A stretch of 64,000 bases of DNA from Candidatus Methylomirabilia bacterium (GTDB lineage: Bacteria > Methylomirabilota > Methylomirabilia > Rokubacteriales > CSP1-6), in NCBI GenBank assembly GCA_046758965.1, contig JBHIBG010000003.1:13829-77828 (forward strand), given 5' to 3'. The notes under the pieces are model-generated. The model made no database searches, was not told the DNA's origin, and was given only the letters and a program-made list of their open reading frames with translations. Of this stretch, positions 19,758 through 30,433 are shown one piece after another. Positions within the stretch are counted from its first letter, which is position 1. Each line of letters starts with the position of its first letter. The translations under genes and the position numbers were made by a program.

Positions 19758-20579
19758 CTACTTCCCTTGCCCCAGCTCTCGCGAGCGGAGGGTGGCACGC
19801 TCCACCGCATCGATGAAAGCGTGACGGACACGCCCCTCTTCCAGGGCAGCGATCCCCTTGATGGTGGTCCCGCCCGGCGAGGCGACCATATCCTTGAGCT
19901 GGCCCGGGTGAGCGCCGGTCTCGAGCAGGAGCCGGGCCGACCCGAGGACGGTCTGGGTCGCGAGCGTCATGGCTGTCGCCCGGTCGAGCCCCATCTTCAC
20001 TCCGCCGTCGGCCAACGCCTCGATCACAATGGCGACATAGGCCGGCCCCGAGCCCGAAAGGCCGGTGACCGCATCGATCTGGCCTTCCTCGAGCAGCACC
20101 ACCTTGCCCACGGCTTCGAAGATCTCCCGGGCAGTCTCCAGATCTCCCGGCCTGAGCCTTTCGGCTCGCGCGATGGCCGTGGTGCCCTCCAGCACCAGCG
20201 CCGGGGTGTTCGGCATGACGCGGATCAGGCGCACGCCTTCGGGGAGGAGGGCTCTGAGCGTAGAGGTCGAGACGCCGGCGGCAATGGAGATGACGAGCTT
20301 CTCCGGGCTGACAGTGGGGGCCACCTCGGTCAGGGCAGCGGCGATCACCTGGGGCTTCAGGGCGAGGACGATGACGTCGGCGCGTTTCACCAGGAGCGCG
20401 TTGTCCTCCACCGTCTGGATCCCGTAGAGCTCTCGCAGCTGGTCCAGGCGATCGAGCCTGACGTCGGCGGCGAAGATGGACTCGGCAGCGACCGTGCCGG
20501 CCCTGAGCAGGCCCTTGATCAGCGCCTCCCCCATGTTGCCGGCGCCGAGCAGGCCGATCGTCTTGCCCTTGATGCTCAT
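19758..20579 (-). CDS. proC: pyrroline-5-carboxylate reductase
   Basis: 273-aa ProC. It has the N-terminal Rossmann motif GLLGAGNMGEAL and the dimerisation domain. Confidence 0.9.
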   Translation of the reverse strand: MSIKGKTIGLLGAGNMGEALIKGLLRAGTVAAESIFAADVRLDRLDQLRELYGIQTVEDNALLVKRADVIVLALKPQVIAAALTEVAPTVSPEKLVISIAAGVSTSTLRALLPEGVRLIRVMPNTPALVLEGTTAIARAERLRPGDLETAREIFEAVGKVVLLEEGQIDAVTGLSGSGPAYVAIVIEALADGGVKMGLDRATAMTLATQTVLGSARLLLETGAHPGQLKDMVASPGGTTIKGIAALEEGRVRHAFIDAVERATLRSRELGQGK

Positions 20580-20583
20580 CTCG

Positions 20584-21288
20584 TCAGTCGGAGAGGGGTT
20601 CGCCCCCCTGCCGAGACCGTGGCGGCCTCGGGCCGAAGATGGCCGTGCCCACGCGGACCATGGTGGCGCCCTCTTCCACGGCCACCTCGAACTCTCCGGT
20701 CATGCCCATGGAGAGGTGCGTGAGACCGGCCTGGTCGCGAAGCTCACGGAGCTGGCGGAACCAGGGCCGGGCCGCCTCGGGATCCTCGACGGGCGGGGGC
20801 ATCGTCATCAGCCCGAGCACCCGGAGACCCGGAAGGGCTCCGACCGCCTCCAGGGCCGGCTTCAGCTCATCGGGGGCGAAACCGGCCTTCGTCTCCTCCC
20901 CCGCGACGTTGACCTGGACGAGCGCATCGATGACCTTCCCTTCGGCCTGAGCCCGGCGATCGAGCTCTCGCGCCAGCTCCAGGCGGTCCACAGAGTGAAT
21001 CAGGTCAAACAGCCGCACGGCCTCCCTCACTTTGTTGGTCTGGAGTGTCCCGACCAGATGCCAGGGAACCGGACGGCCGAGGTGGGCGATCTTCGCCTTC
21101 GCCTCCTGCACCCGGTTTTCCCCCACGGCCCGTACCCCCGCGGCCAGGGCCTGGCGGATGCGCTCGACATCCACGGCCTTGGAGACCGCCACCAGCAGGA
21201 CCTCCTCCGGCTCCCGGCCCACCCGTCGGGCGGCCCGGTCAATCCGCGCCTCCACCGCCCGCAGATTCGCCGCTACGTCAACCGTCAT
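20584..21288 (-). CDS. yggS: YggS family pyridoxal phosphate homeostasis protein (YlmE)
   Basis: The likely start is the internal M (MTVDVAANL...). Contains the PLP-lysine region VAVSKAV and HLVGTLQTNK. Confidence 0.85.
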   Translation of the reverse strand: MTVDVAANLRAVEARIDRAARRVGREPEEVLLVAVSKAVDVERIRQALAAGVRAVGENRVQEAKAKIAHLGRPVPWHLVGTLQTNKVREAVRLFDLIHSVDRLELARELDRRAQAEGKVIDALVQVNVAGEETKAGFAPDELKPALEAVGALPGLRVLGLMTMPPPVEDPEAARPWFRQLRELRDQAGLTHLSMGMTGEFEVAVEEGATMVRVGTAIFGPRPPRSRQGGEPLSD

Positions 21289-21401
21289 CCCCCGCTCGCG
21301 GGGCTCATTGTAGCAACCCTCGCCCCTGTAGAACAAGACGCGGTGGCACAACGAAAGAAGATCCTTGACTTCGACACGGCCGCGCAGGAAGTTCTCCTCA
21401 C

Positions 21402-22181
21402 ATGCTCTTTTCTGGGAGGCGTTGGAGGAGTCGCCGGCTCTGGGCTCTCGCGCTGCTACTGGCCCCCTCGGTCGCAGCTGCCGAGACCGCGGCCGTGCGG
21501 CGGGTGCTCGATGGGGACAGCATCGTGCTGACCGACGGGCGCGCGGTCAGGTACCTCGGCATCAACGCGCCCGAGCGGGGGCAACCGTTTCATGCCCAGG
21601 CTCGACAGCTCAACCGGATCCTGACGAAAGCCGGGAGAGTCCGCCTGGAGTTCGATCGGGTGCGTCTGGACCGCTACGGGCGGCTCCTGGCGTATGTCTA
21701 TGTCGGAGCCGAGATGGTGAATGCCAGACTCCTCCACGAGGGGCTGGCTCATCTCTTCATCATTCCCCCGAACCTCAAGCACTACGAGCGGTTCCTGAGG
21801 CTCCAGGAGGCCGCACAGAGAGCCCGCCGGGGCATGTGGCGGCAGACCTCGGGCCCGGCGAAGATCACGAAGGTGGAGCTCGGGCTCCGGGGCCCCGAAC
21901 ACGTCAGGATTGCGAATGTGTCAGCCCGCCCGCTGGATCTGGCCGGCTTCAGGCTCTCCGATCGCGCCCGGCACAGCTATCGCTTCCCGTCCGTGGTGCT
22001 GAACCCCGGCTACGTCCTCACGCTCAGGAGTGGCGCAGGCGCCGACCTCAGAGCCCGCTCCGGACCGATCCTGCTCCACTGGCACTCCCCGGGACCGATC
22101 TGGAATAACAGCGGCGACACCGCATTCCTCTTCGGTCCCGACGGCAGGCTGATCGACCGTTTCGAGGCCCGCCCGCGCTGA
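21402..22181 (+). CDS. secreted thermonuclease (SNase-like) with C-terminal lamin-tail (LTD) domain
   Basis: Signal peptide (LWALALLLAPSVAAA). SNase core (RVLDGDSIVLTDG...VRYLGINAPE...RLDRYGRLLAYVYV). The C-terminal beta-rich LTD-like segment reads NVSARPLDLAGFRLSD. Confidence 0.7.
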   Translation: MLFSGRRWRSRRLWALALLLAPSVAAAETAAVRRVLDGDSIVLTDGRAVRYLGINAPERGQPFHAQARQLNRILTKAGRVRLEFDRVRLDRYGRLLAYVYVGAEMVNARLLHEGLAHLFIIPPNLKHYERFLRLQEAAQRARRGMWRQTSGPAKITKVELGLRGPEHVRIANVSARPLDLAGFRLSDRARHSYRFPSVVLNPGYVLTLRSGAGADLRARSGPILLHWHSPGPIWNNSGDTAFLFGPDGRLIDRFEARPR

Positions 22182-22362
22182 GGGGCACCTCGCCCTTGAC
22201 GGATTCGCGAGCTCACTCTTCATCCTCGCCGCCAAGATCGACCGCGACGCCGTTCAGGGCTAAGCGGCTTGAAAGCATCCACACGTTCGCGGCGGCACCC
22301 GAGCCTCGCAGGCTGGAGACAGCGAACCAGATCGCCAGCTCGCCCCATAGGAAGGTTCCTAC

Positions 22363-22689
22363 ATGATCGAGCATCTGAGAGTTACGGTCATCGAATCGCA
22401 GACCATATACGACTTTTGCACGAGCTGCAATCGCGAATCAGGAATCATCATGGATAAGTGGAGGCTTGATCCTGATTTCAGGGTGCCGCTGAATCTTGTG
22501 AGTTCAAGAGTCGAGTGTAGGGATGGTTCGAAACAGGATCTGTCATGGGATGCTAGATGCGCGGCCTGCGGGAAACAGGCGGGAAAATTTCGGACACTAT
22601 CTCTGGCGGCTTCGGTGACCAATCAGCAGTGGCAGGAGCGGCCAACGACCGAGGACGAAGTCAGGCGAAGTGAGTTGGAAGGGCGCTAG
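22363..22689 (+). CDS. hypothetical protein, predicted zinc ribbon (CxxC...CxxC), low-GC ORFan
   Basis: The ORF has a good Shine-Dalgarno (AGGAAGG, 8 nt from ATG). Cysteine pairs are CTSC and CAAC. Local GC is clearly below that of the surrounding genome. Confidence 0.45.
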   Translation: MIEHLRVTVIESQTIYDFCTSCNRESGIIMDKWRLDPDFRVPLNLVSSRVECRDGSKQDLSWDARCAACGKQAGKFRTLSLAASVTNQQWQERPTTEDEVRRSELEGR

Positions 22690-23468
22690 CTCGCGGATCG
22701 GCGGCCGACGGGGATCGAGGCCAGCGTGAGGAGGCGGCCACTCGATCCCTCCTTGCGGTAGGAGCAGAAGAGGTCCCGGCGGCATGAGGTGCAGAGCCTC
22801 GGGTTGAGGATCCGCTCCGGGCTCACCCCCGCAGCCGCCAGCTGGAACTCGTTCGCCTGCCAGAGGTCCAGCATCCACTTCCCCGGACTCACGGCGCGCG
22901 CCCACCCTTCCCACGCGTGAGGGAATGCCTCCCCGAGTGGCTCGATCACCGGACGGTCCACCTCGTAGCAGCAGGGACCGATGGAGGGGGCGATCGCCGC
23001 GAGAAGGTCAGGCAGGCTCGACCCCGCCGCTGCCAGGGCATCGACCGCGGCCCGGGCGGCACCCGCAATGGTCCCGCGCCAGCCGGCGTGGACCACGGCC
23101 AGGAGCGCTCTGACCGGATCGTAGAGGATCAGCGCCAGACAGTCAGCGGCGAAGACGGCGAGCGGGATTCCCGGGGTCGAGGTGAGCAGTACGTCTCCCC
23201 GGCCGGCAGCGCCCCGTTTGGAGCCGTCCGCGCGGATGACGGCGGCCCCGTGCACCTGATCGAGAAAGGCCAGGCGCCTGACCTCAAGACCGTGGCGCCT
23301 CAAGAGATCCCCTGCCTCTAGGCCGATCGGAGCCGCCCGCCTCCCCGCGTGAACGATTCCCGGACAGTGCCGGGTTGTCGAGAGGTGAGGGACGCCAAGC
23401 GCCTCCAGGGCCACGAACGTGAGATGGGTGGGCGGGTCTCCGTGGAGGCGGACGAGCGAGGAGCTCAC
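22686..23468 (-). CDS. pgeF: peptidoglycan editing factor PgeF / YfiH (YlmD; laccase-domain protein)
   Basis: 260-aa protein with conserved His/Cys residues of the DUF152/YfiH family (QVHGAAV ... DCLALIL ... HAGWRG). It sits in the ylmD position after ftsZ. Confidence 0.85.
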   Translation of the reverse strand: MSSSLVRLHGDPPTHLTFVALEALGVPHLSTTRHCPGIVHAGRRAAPIGLEAGDLLRRHGLEVRRLAFLDQVHGAAVIRADGSKRGAAGRGDVLLTSTPGIPLAVFAADCLALILYDPVRALLAVVHAGWRGTIAGAARAAVDALAAAGSSLPDLLAAIAPSIGPCCYEVDRPVIEPLGEAFPHAWEGWARAVSPGKWMLDLWQANEFQLAAAGVSPERILNPRLCTSCRRDLFCSYRKEGSSGRLLTLASIPVGRRSAS

Positions 23469-24589
23469 GGCTCGACTCCGACCGCGGCCAGCGCCGACTC
23501 GTAGCGGGCTCTGAGCCGAGCCCTATCCTGCCCCCAATCGACATGGTCCCAGGGCAGGATCTCTTCCGCCCGCTTTCGCCGGTTCAGGAAGAAGGCTGGA
23601 TTCAGCGGATGCTCCACACAGGCCCGGTCCCAACCGAGGCGACGGGTGGCAAGAAGGAAATCGCCGGCCCGGCGATCGCCGAGCGCCAGGACACCCTCCA
23701 GCATCGCCCATTTGGGGAGGTCGTGCGTCACGGTCACCCCGGGCACCGCCCGGAGGGCCCGGAGTGTGCTGCTGAGCTGGTCCTTGAGCGCCCTTCCGCC
23801 AGGCATCGGCCACCACTGAAGTGGCGTCCAGGGCCGAGGCACGAAGCAGGTGAGGCCCACGCTGAGCGGCGGGAGGCGGCGCTCGTCTCTGAGCCGCACC
23901 ACCAAACAGTGGCGGAGCTTCTTGACCCACTGAGCGATCGACGCCGCCGAGGCAGCCGGCAGGCCCACGGCGAAGCTGAGGAAGATCCGTTCGCCCTCCT
24001 GCACCTGCCCGGCAACCTCTTCGGGACTCGAGATCCTCCCCAAGAGATGCTGGATCTCAGGAGCTGGATGACCCGGGGGCGGAGCCTCATCCCCCTCATC
24101 AAACGGAGTGGCTCCCTCGAGGCCCCGGGGCCATGGCACCCCCGGCCGCGGGATCACGGACGCCACGCTCCCGTCCGCCGCGTAGCGAAGCGCGTAGAGC
24201 GAGGGGACATACACGCCCGAGAGGCGAGCCAACCGCTCGAGCCGCTCAGCTCGCGGTGACCCGCGTGAGGCCTCCAGCTCGGCGAGGACCGCGCGCAGCA
24301 GCGGCCAGCCACCTCCGAGGAGGAGCAGATCCGCCACCACAGCGAGCGGCTCCGGGTTCTCCTGAGGGGTGGCAAGCCAGACGGCAACCAGGGGATCGCG
24401 AGCCTCCCGCTCCTCCTGACTCAAGGCAATCCGTTTGTCAGCGAGGGTGTCCAGGATCGGTAGCCACGTCTTGACGGAGGCGGTGCGCGCTACCAGCACC
24501 TCGGGGCGTCGATCCGGGGGAAGGCGGGTCAGCTCGGGGAATGCCTCTGCCGGCGGAACTGACGGCGCGGTCAGGAACGCAACAGACAT
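23465..24589 (-). CDS. conserved hypothetical protein
   Basis: About 375-aa ORF between ftsZ and pgeF on the same strand, overlapping pgeF by 4 nt. No motif was recognised. The start is uncertain between 24589 and 24670. Confidence 0.45.
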   Translation of the reverse strand: MSVAFLTAPSVPPAEAFPELTRLPPDRRPEVLVARTASVKTWLPILDTLADKRIALSQEEREARDPLVAVWLATPQENPEPLAVVADLLLLGGGWPLLRAVLAELEASRGSPRAERLERLARLSGVYVPSLYALRYAADGSVASVIPRPGVPWPRGLEGATPFDEGDEAPPPGHPAPEIQHLLGRISSPEEVAGQVQEGERIFLSFAVGLPAASAASIAQWVKKLRHCLVVRLRDERRLPPLSVGLTCFVPRPWTPLQWWPMPGGRALKDQLSSTLRALRAVPGVTVTHDLPKWAMLEGVLALGDRRAGDFLLATRRLGWDRACVEHPLNPAFFLNRRKRAEEILPWDHVDWGQDRARLRARYESALAAVGVEP

Positions 24590-24713
24590 GACGAATCGGG
24601 TCTGTTCGAGCCCCGGCTCTTTTGGAACGCCGGCCTTGTTCCGGCGCCGGCTTCGCCGGCGCAACCTCATGGGGGAGGAATCGGAGGGGGCCGTCGAGGC
24701 CCCCTCCGAAGGT

Positions 24714-25898
24714 CTAATCCGCCTGCCGCCTCAGAAAGGCCGGGATATCCAGGTCCGCCTCCAGCGACTCCTCGCCCTCGGCGCGCATCTCGGTCGCCCT
24801 GCGACGCCAGGCTGTCCCCGGAGAGGAGCGCGGGACCTTCGGCAGGTCTACGACCTTCGCACCGGCGTCCGCGGGCTCTTTCCGCTCGGCGAAGCCGGTG
24901 GCGATCACCGTGATCCTCACCTCCTCCTGGAGGCGCTCGTCGATCACCGCTCCGAAAATAATGTTGGCCTCCTCGTGGGCCGCCTCCTGAACGATCCGCG
25001 CCGCCTCTTCCACCTCGTGGAGGGAAAGGTCCGGGCCCCCGGTGAAATTGATGAGGATGCCGCGGGCGCCTACGACTGCGGTCTCGTCCAGGAGCGGGCT
25101 CGCCAGGGCCTTGTGGGCCGCGTCCTGGGCCCGGTGCTCCCCCTTCCCGACACCGATCCCCATCAGCGCCAGCCCCATCCCGGACATGATGGTCCGCACA
25201 TCCGCGAAGTCCAGATTGACCAGCCCGGGGACGAGGACGAGGTCCGAGATCCCCTGGACCGCCTGGTGGAGGACCGAGTCAGCCACCTTGAAGGCGTCGA
25301 GGAGCGAGGCGCCCCGCTCCACCACGGCGAGGAGCCGCTGGTTGGGGATCGTGATCAGCGTATCCACAAAACCCTTGAGCTCCGCCAGCCCGGCCTCGGC
25401 CTGCATGGCCCGCTTTTTCCCCTCGAAGAGGAATGGCTTGGTCACCACCGCCACGGTCAGGACGCCAAGCTCCTTGGCCACGGCCGCCACCACCGGCGTG
25501 GCACCGGTCCCGGTGCCTCCGCCAAACCCCGCGGTCACGAACACCATATCGGCACCGTGGAGAAACCGCGAGATCCGCTCCCGGTCCTCCTCGGCGGCCC
25601 GCTTGCCGATCTCGGGGTCTGAGCCGGCCCCGAGGCCGCCGGTGAGCTGCACCCCGAGCTGAAGCTTGACAGGCGCGGGCGAGGCGCGAAGCGCCTGGAG
25701 ATCGGTGTTGGCCACGATGAACTCCACCCCGCTGAACCGGGCCGCGATCATCCGGCTGACCGCGTTCCCGCCGGCGCCCCCCAGCCCGATGACCTTGATG
25801 ATCGCCCCCTCTCGAACCGGACTGTCGCGCGGTTCCCCCCGCCCCCCCCAACCCTCTTCCAGCTCGAAGACCGGCCGTTCCACAGGCCACGACTCCAT
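24714..25898 (-). CDS. ftsZ: cell division GTPase FtsZ
   Basis: Tubulin signature GGGTGTG. Start MESWPVERP... at 25898. C-terminal linker and conserved tail are present. Confidence 0.95.
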   Translation of the reverse strand: MESWPVERPVFELEEGWGGRGEPRDSPVREGAIIKVIGLGGAGGNAVSRMIAARFSGVEFIVANTDLQALRASPAPVKLQLGVQLTGGLGAGSDPEIGKRAAEEDRERISRFLHGADMVFVTAGFGGGTGTGATPVVAAVAKELGVLTVAVVTKPFLFEGKKRAMQAEAGLAELKGFVDTLITIPNQRLLAVVERGASLLDAFKVADSVLHQAVQGISDLVLVPGLVNLDFADVRTIMSGMGLALMGIGVGKGEHRAQDAAHKALASPLLDETAVVGARGILINFTGGPDLSLHEVEEAARIVQEAAHEEANIIFGAVIDERLQEEVRITVIATGFAERKEPADAGAKVVDLPKVPRSSPGTAWRRRATEMRAEGEESLEADLDIPAFLRRQAD

Positions 25899-26015
25899 CG
25901 GCGCTCTCCTCTCTGTCACGGGTTCCCGTCGGCCGTGCGGCAGGGTCAGGTGAAGCTCGATCTGACCGCTCCCCTTCGACCTCGCCCCTCGGTCAGTGCC
26001 CACGCCCCGCTCCGC

Positions 26016-27260
26016 TCAAAAGATCTCCGAAAACCAATCCCGCATGCGGCGTCTGATCCACTGGAGCAGGCGGCCGTCGCTGCCATTCGGCGAGGCGGCG
26101 CGACCCCGGACCTCCGCCCCGTGGAGCGCCAGCCCCACCCCCGTGGCGAAGATGGGGCTCCTCACCACATCGCCCAGCCCGCCAACCCCATCCGGGACCC
26201 CGCGCCGCACGGGCAGGTCGAACACCTGCTCGGCCAGCTCCAGGACCCCTTCCATGAGCGAGGTGCCCCCCGTCACGACGACCCCGGCGGTGGCGGCATC
26301 CTGGAGCCCCGTCCGCGCCAGTTCCCGCGCGACCAGGGTGAAGATCTCCTCCACCCTCGGCTGGATGATCTCGGAGAGGACCTGGCGGGAGAGGACCCGC
26401 GCCTTGCGCCCCCCAACGGAGGCGACCTCAACGGTTTCCTCGTCGCTCACCAGCGCGGTCAGGGCACAGCCATCGCGCCGCTTGAGCTCTTCGGCTTCAG
26501 CCACCGGCGTCCTGAGCCCCACCGCGATGTCGTTCGTGATGTGATCGCCGCCGAGGGCCAGGACGCTGGTGTGCCACACCGCGCCGTCGTGGAAGAGGGC
26601 CACATCCGTGGTGCCGCCCCCGATGTCGATGAGCAGCACGCCCAGCTCGTTTTCGTCAGCGGAGAGCACCGCCTGGGAGGACGCCAGCGGCTCCAGGACG
26701 ATGTCCTGGACGGCCAAGCCGGCCCGGTTTACGCTCCGGATCACGTTCTGGATCCCGGTCACCGCGCCGGTGACGATGTGCACTTCCACCTCCAGGCGAA
26801 CCCCCGACATGCCGAGCGGCTCCTTGATCCCGTCCTGGTCATCCACCACGAAGGTTTGAGGCAGCACATGGATGACCTCGCGGTCCGGGGGGAGGTTGAT
26901 CGCCCGCGCCGCCTCCAGGGCCCGCTCCACGTCGGTGGCACTGACTTCCCTCCCCTTTCCTGAGACCGCCACCACGCCCCGGCTGTTGATCCCGCGGATA
27001 TGGCCCCCCGCGACCCCGGCGACGACGGACTCGATCTCCAGGCCGGCGAGCTGCTCGGCCTCCGCCACGGCCGACCTGATCGCCTCAACGGTCGAGTCGA
27101 TGTTGACCACCACCCCCTTCCGGAGGCCCCGGGACGGGCTCTGGCCGACACCGATGATGTTCAGCCCTCCGTAGGGCATCAGCTCGGCGACTATGGCGCA
27201 GATCTTGGTAGTCCCGACATCCAGCCCCGCGACGATGACCGGCTTTGGCCGCTTGCCCAT
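26016..27260 (-). CDS. ftsA: cell division protein FtsA
   Basis: 414-aa actin-like ATPase with full-length FtsA similarity. Confidence 0.9.
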   Translation of the reverse strand: MGKRPKPVIVAGLDVGTTKICAIVAELMPYGGLNIIGVGQSPSRGLRKGVVVNIDSTVEAIRSAVAEAEQLAGLEIESVVAGVAGGHIRGINSRGVVAVSGKGREVSATDVERALEAARAINLPPDREVIHVLPQTFVVDDQDGIKEPLGMSGVRLEVEVHIVTGAVTGIQNVIRSVNRAGLAVQDIVLEPLASSQAVLSADENELGVLLIDIGGGTTDVALFHDGAVWHTSVLALGGDHITNDIAVGLRTPVAEAEELKRRDGCALTALVSDEETVEVASVGGRKARVLSRQVLSEIIQPRVEEIFTLVARELARTGLQDAATAGVVVTGGTSLMEGVLELAEQVFDLPVRRGVPDGVGGLGDVVRSPIFATGVGLALHGAEVRGRAASPNGSDGRLLQWIRRRMRDWFSEIF

Positions 27261-27296
27261 GCGCTCCCCTCAGCTTCCTTGGTTCAGCCCGAGGCC

Positions 27297-28148
27297 CTAG
27301 CTCGATTTCGGCTTGAGGACCACCTGGTCTCTGAACCGGAGGTCGAGAGAGGCCACCGGCTCGCCCGCCTCGCGGACCCTGACCAGCACCCCGCTCAGCC
27401 GCTCCAGCCGCTGCCCCCACTCCACGCTGCCGAGATACACCTCGAGGCCATCCACCGTGTAGAGGACGGGCCCCTCGGCCCGGCCCATGTCGATCTCCGA
27501 GAGCTGGGCGGCGAGGGCACGCCGGCTCCGGAGCAGATGCCGGAGCAGCGCCAGGGCCTCGTGGGTGCGCGCGGGGCTCGACATGAGACCCACCTCGGCC
27601 CCGTCCGGCAGCAGGCCGGTGATCACGGGGAGGCCGGGAGCGACGGCGCGGGGCTCGGGACCGAGCACGTGGCCGTCCTCGTCGAGCCAGAAGAGCCGCC
27701 CGGCATGGACGGCCAGGGCGAAGGGCTCGCGCTCCTCGATCAGGAGCGTGACCCGATCCGGGAAGGTCCGGATCACCGCGGCGCGCTTGACGCGTGGGTG
27801 ACGCAGGAGCCGCTCGACGACAGCTCCGGGGTCCAGCCTGAAGAGGTTGGCGCCGGCTCCGATCCCGGCTGTCGCGCGAACCTCCTCCTCGTGAAGTCTG
27901 CTCTCGCCCTGAACGTCCACCCCGGTCACGGCGAAGCGGGGCGAAGTGAGAAGCCAGTGGAGGAAGGCGGCCTGGCCGGTGAGCACGAGCGCCAGGAGCC
28001 CGCCCGCGAGGGCAAAGCGGAAAAGGAGCCGCCGCCGAGGGCGCCGCCGCACCCGTTGGCCGACGATGAGAGGGGTCCGCTCCGCCAGATCTTTCGAGGG
28101 CGCCGGCACCTGCCTCGGCGAGTGGATACCCGCCCGGCCCCGCATCAC
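27297..28148 (-). CDS. ftsQ: cell division protein FtsQ/DivIB (POTRA)
   Basis: 283-aa protein with a single N-terminal TM helix and a POTRA domain. It sits in the ftsQ position between murB and ftsA. Confidence 0.8.
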   Translation of the reverse strand: MMRGRAGIHSPRQVPAPSKDLAERTPLIVGQRVRRRPRRRLLFRFALAGGLLALVLTGQAAFLHWLLTSPRFAVTGVDVQGESRLHEEEVRATAGIGAGANLFRLDPGAVVERLLRHPRVKRAAVIRTFPDRVTLLIEEREPFALAVHAGRLFWLDEDGHVLGPEPRAVAPGLPVITGLLPDGAEVGLMSSPARTHEALALLRHLLRSRRALAAQLSEIDMGRAEGPVLYTVDGLEVYLGSVEWGQRLERLSGVLVRVREAGEPVASLDLRFRDQVVLKPKSS

Positions 28149-29023
28149 TCCCCGATGATCCGGATCTCGGGCTCCAGCACGCTGCCGAACTGGGCGCTGA
28201 CCCGGTCCCGGACCATGTCCATGAGGGTCAGGATGTCCGCGGCGCTCGCCCCGCCCCGATTGACGATGAAATTGGCGTGCTTGGCTGAGATCTCGGCGGC
28301 GTTGACCCGCTTACCTTTGAGCCCCACCTTCTCGATGAGCCGACCGGCGTAGTCCCCGGCGGGGTTCTTCCAGACACACCCGGCCGAGGCCAGTGCCAAC
28401 GGCTGCGTGGCCTTCTTCTGCTTGAGCCGCTGCTTGATCTCCTTCTGGATCTCGGCCTGGGGCCGGCGCTGGAGCTGGAGGCGCGCGCCGATCAGGACCG
28501 CCCCCGGCGGGTAAGAAAAGGCGCGGTAGCCGAACGCTCCCGCTCTCGGCTTCAGCTCGCCCAGCGTGCCGTCAGGGTGGAGGAAGTAGACGGCGGAGAC
28601 GAAGTCGCCGATGCTCCCATCGGCGGTGCCGGCGTTCATGGCCAGGGCGCCCCCGATGGTGGCCGGGATCCCCACCAGGCATTCGAGGCCCCCCAGCGAG
28701 AGCGCCGCCGCCTCGCGGATGAGGGACGAGAGGCCGACGCCGGCCCCCGAGACAGCCTCCTCGCCGTGGAACTCGACGCGACCCAGGCACCCCTCAAGCT
28801 TGAGGACGACACCCCGAACGCCCCGGTCCTTCACCAGGAGGTTGTTGCCACCTCCCACGATCTCCATCGGGAGATCTTCCTTCTCGGCGAAGCAGAGCGC
28901 CTTGCGGATATCGTCCGCATCTTGCGGAACGATCAAGATGTCCGCTGGCCCTCCGATGCGCAGGGACGTGTGGAAGGAGAGTGGCTCCTTGAAGCGGACC
29001 TCACCCCGGATCTCTCCTAGCAT
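28145..29023 (-). CDS. murB: UDP-N-acetylenolpyruvoylglucosamine reductase
   Basis: 292-aa protein with an FAD-binding domain and MurB C-terminal domain. Confidence 0.9.
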   Translation of the reverse strand: MLGEIRGEVRFKEPLSFHTSLRIGGPADILIVPQDADDIRKALCFAEKEDLPMEIVGGGNNLLVKDRGVRGVVLKLEGCLGRVEFHGEEAVSGAGVGLSSLIREAAALSLGGLECLVGIPATIGGALAMNAGTADGSIGDFVSAVYFLHPDGTLGELKPRAGAFGYRAFSYPPGAVLIGARLQLQRRPQAEIQKEIKQRLKQKKATQPLALASAGCVWKNPAGDYAGRLIEKVGLKGKRVNAAEISAKHANFIVNRGGASAADILTLMDMVRDRVSAQFGSVLEPEIRIIGE

Positions 29024-30423
29024 GTCGATCTCCTCTCACGCTCGTGACGAACGACGCTGAGGCGAGCCAAGAGCTCTCTCCCCAGCTGGCCCACATCCCC
29101 CGCCCCGAGGGTGAGGACCAGATCCCCGGGTCGAGCTCTCTCGCACAGGTAGTCGACGACCCGCTCGCGGTCACTGCCCAGATACACGACCTCGCGCTGG
29201 CCATGGGCGGCGATCGCCTCGGCCAGCTCCCCGGCGTGGACCCCGGGGATCGGAGCCTCGCCCGCCGGATAGATATCCATGACCACCAGGGCGTCGGCCT
29301 GCTCGAAGGCGGTCAGGAACTCTTGCCGGAGGTGGAGCGTGCGGGTGTAACGATGGGGCTGGAAGACGGTGACCACGCGACGGTCGAAGCCGGACTTGGC
29401 GGCAGCCAGCGTTGCCCGGATCTCGGCCGGGTGGTGGCCATAGTCGTCCACCACCAGTACACCCCCCGCCTCCCCCTTGACCTGGAAGCGGCGCTGCACC
29501 CCGGAGAAGCCCGCGAGCGCGCGCTGGATCGTCGCAAAGGGGATCTCCAGCTCCAGGCCGACGGCGATCGCGGCCAGCGCGTTCAGGACGTTATGGCTCC
29601 CGGGGACGCGGAGCGCGCACTCGCCGAGAGCCCGGTCGCGCTCGGTGACCTCGAAGGAGCAGGTGAGCCCCGAGAACGAGACCCGATGCGCCGTGAGGTC
29701 AGCGTCCGACCGGAGCCCGTAGGTGATCAGCCGCTTCGCCACCTCCGGGATCATGAGCTGGATGTTGGGCTCGTCGAGGCAGAGCACCACGGCGCCGTAG
29801 AAGGGAACCTTGTTCGCAAACTGGAGGAACGTTTGGCGGATGGCCTCGAGAGAGCGGTAGTAGTCCAGGTGCTCGGCGTCCACGGTGGTGACCACCGCGA
29901 TCGTCGGGGTCAGCTTGAGGAACGAGCCGTCAGACTCGTCGGCCTCGGCCACGAGGAACTCCCCCTGACCCATCCGGGCGTTGCCCCCGAGAGTGAGCAC
30001 TCGGCCACCCACGACGGAAGTGGGATCGAACCCCGCCTCCTCGAGCACGGCGGCCACCATGGACGTGGTAGTGGTCTTGCCGTGCGTCCCGGCCACCGCA
30101 ATCCCGTACTTCAGCCGCATGAGCTCCGCGAGCATCTCCGCCCGCGGGATGACCGGGATCTGGTGCCGGCGCGCCGCCTGCACCTCCACGTTGTCCTTGG
30201 CCACTGCGGAGGAGTACACGACCACGTGAGCCCCTTCGGTGTGCGCTCTGTCATGGCCGATCCAGACCTTGGCGCCCAGCTGCTCGAGCCGCTCCACGGC
30301 CTCCGAGCGCTTCTGGTCGGAGCCGGTGATCCGGTAGCCCATGTTCAGCAGCACCTCGGCGATCCCGCTCATCCCGGCGCCGCCGATCCCTACGAAGTGG
30401 ATCTGCTGGTACTTCTTGTACAT
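29017..30423 (-). CDS. murC: UDP-N-acetylmuramate--L-alanine ligase
   Basis: N-terminus is [25 protein letters not shown]. Mur ligase motif GTHGKTTTT. Confidence 0.9.
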   Translation of the reverse strand: MYKKYQQIHFVGIGGAGMSGIAEVLLNMGYRITGSDQKRSEAVERLEQLGAKVWIGHDRAHTEGAHVVVYSSAVAKDNVEVQAARRHQIPVIPRAEMLAELMRLKYGIAVAGTHGKTTTTSMVAAVLEEAGFDPTSVVGGRVLTLGGNARMGQGEFLVAEADESDGSFLKLTPTIAVVTTVDAEHLDYYRSLEAIRQTFLQFANKVPFYGAVVLCLDEPNIQLMIPEVAKRLITYGLRSDADLTAHRVSFSGLTCSFEVTERDRALGECALRVPGSHNVLNALAAIAVGLELEIPFATIQRALAGFSGVQRRFQVKGEAGGVLVVDDYGHHPAEIRATLAAAKSGFDRRVVTVFQPHRYTRTLHLRQEFLTAFEQADALVVMDIYPAGEAPIPGVHAGELAEAIAAHGQREVVYLGSDRERVVDYLCERARPGDLVLTLGAGDVGQLGRELLARLSVVRHERERRSTC

Positions 30424-30433
30424 CCGAGCCCCC

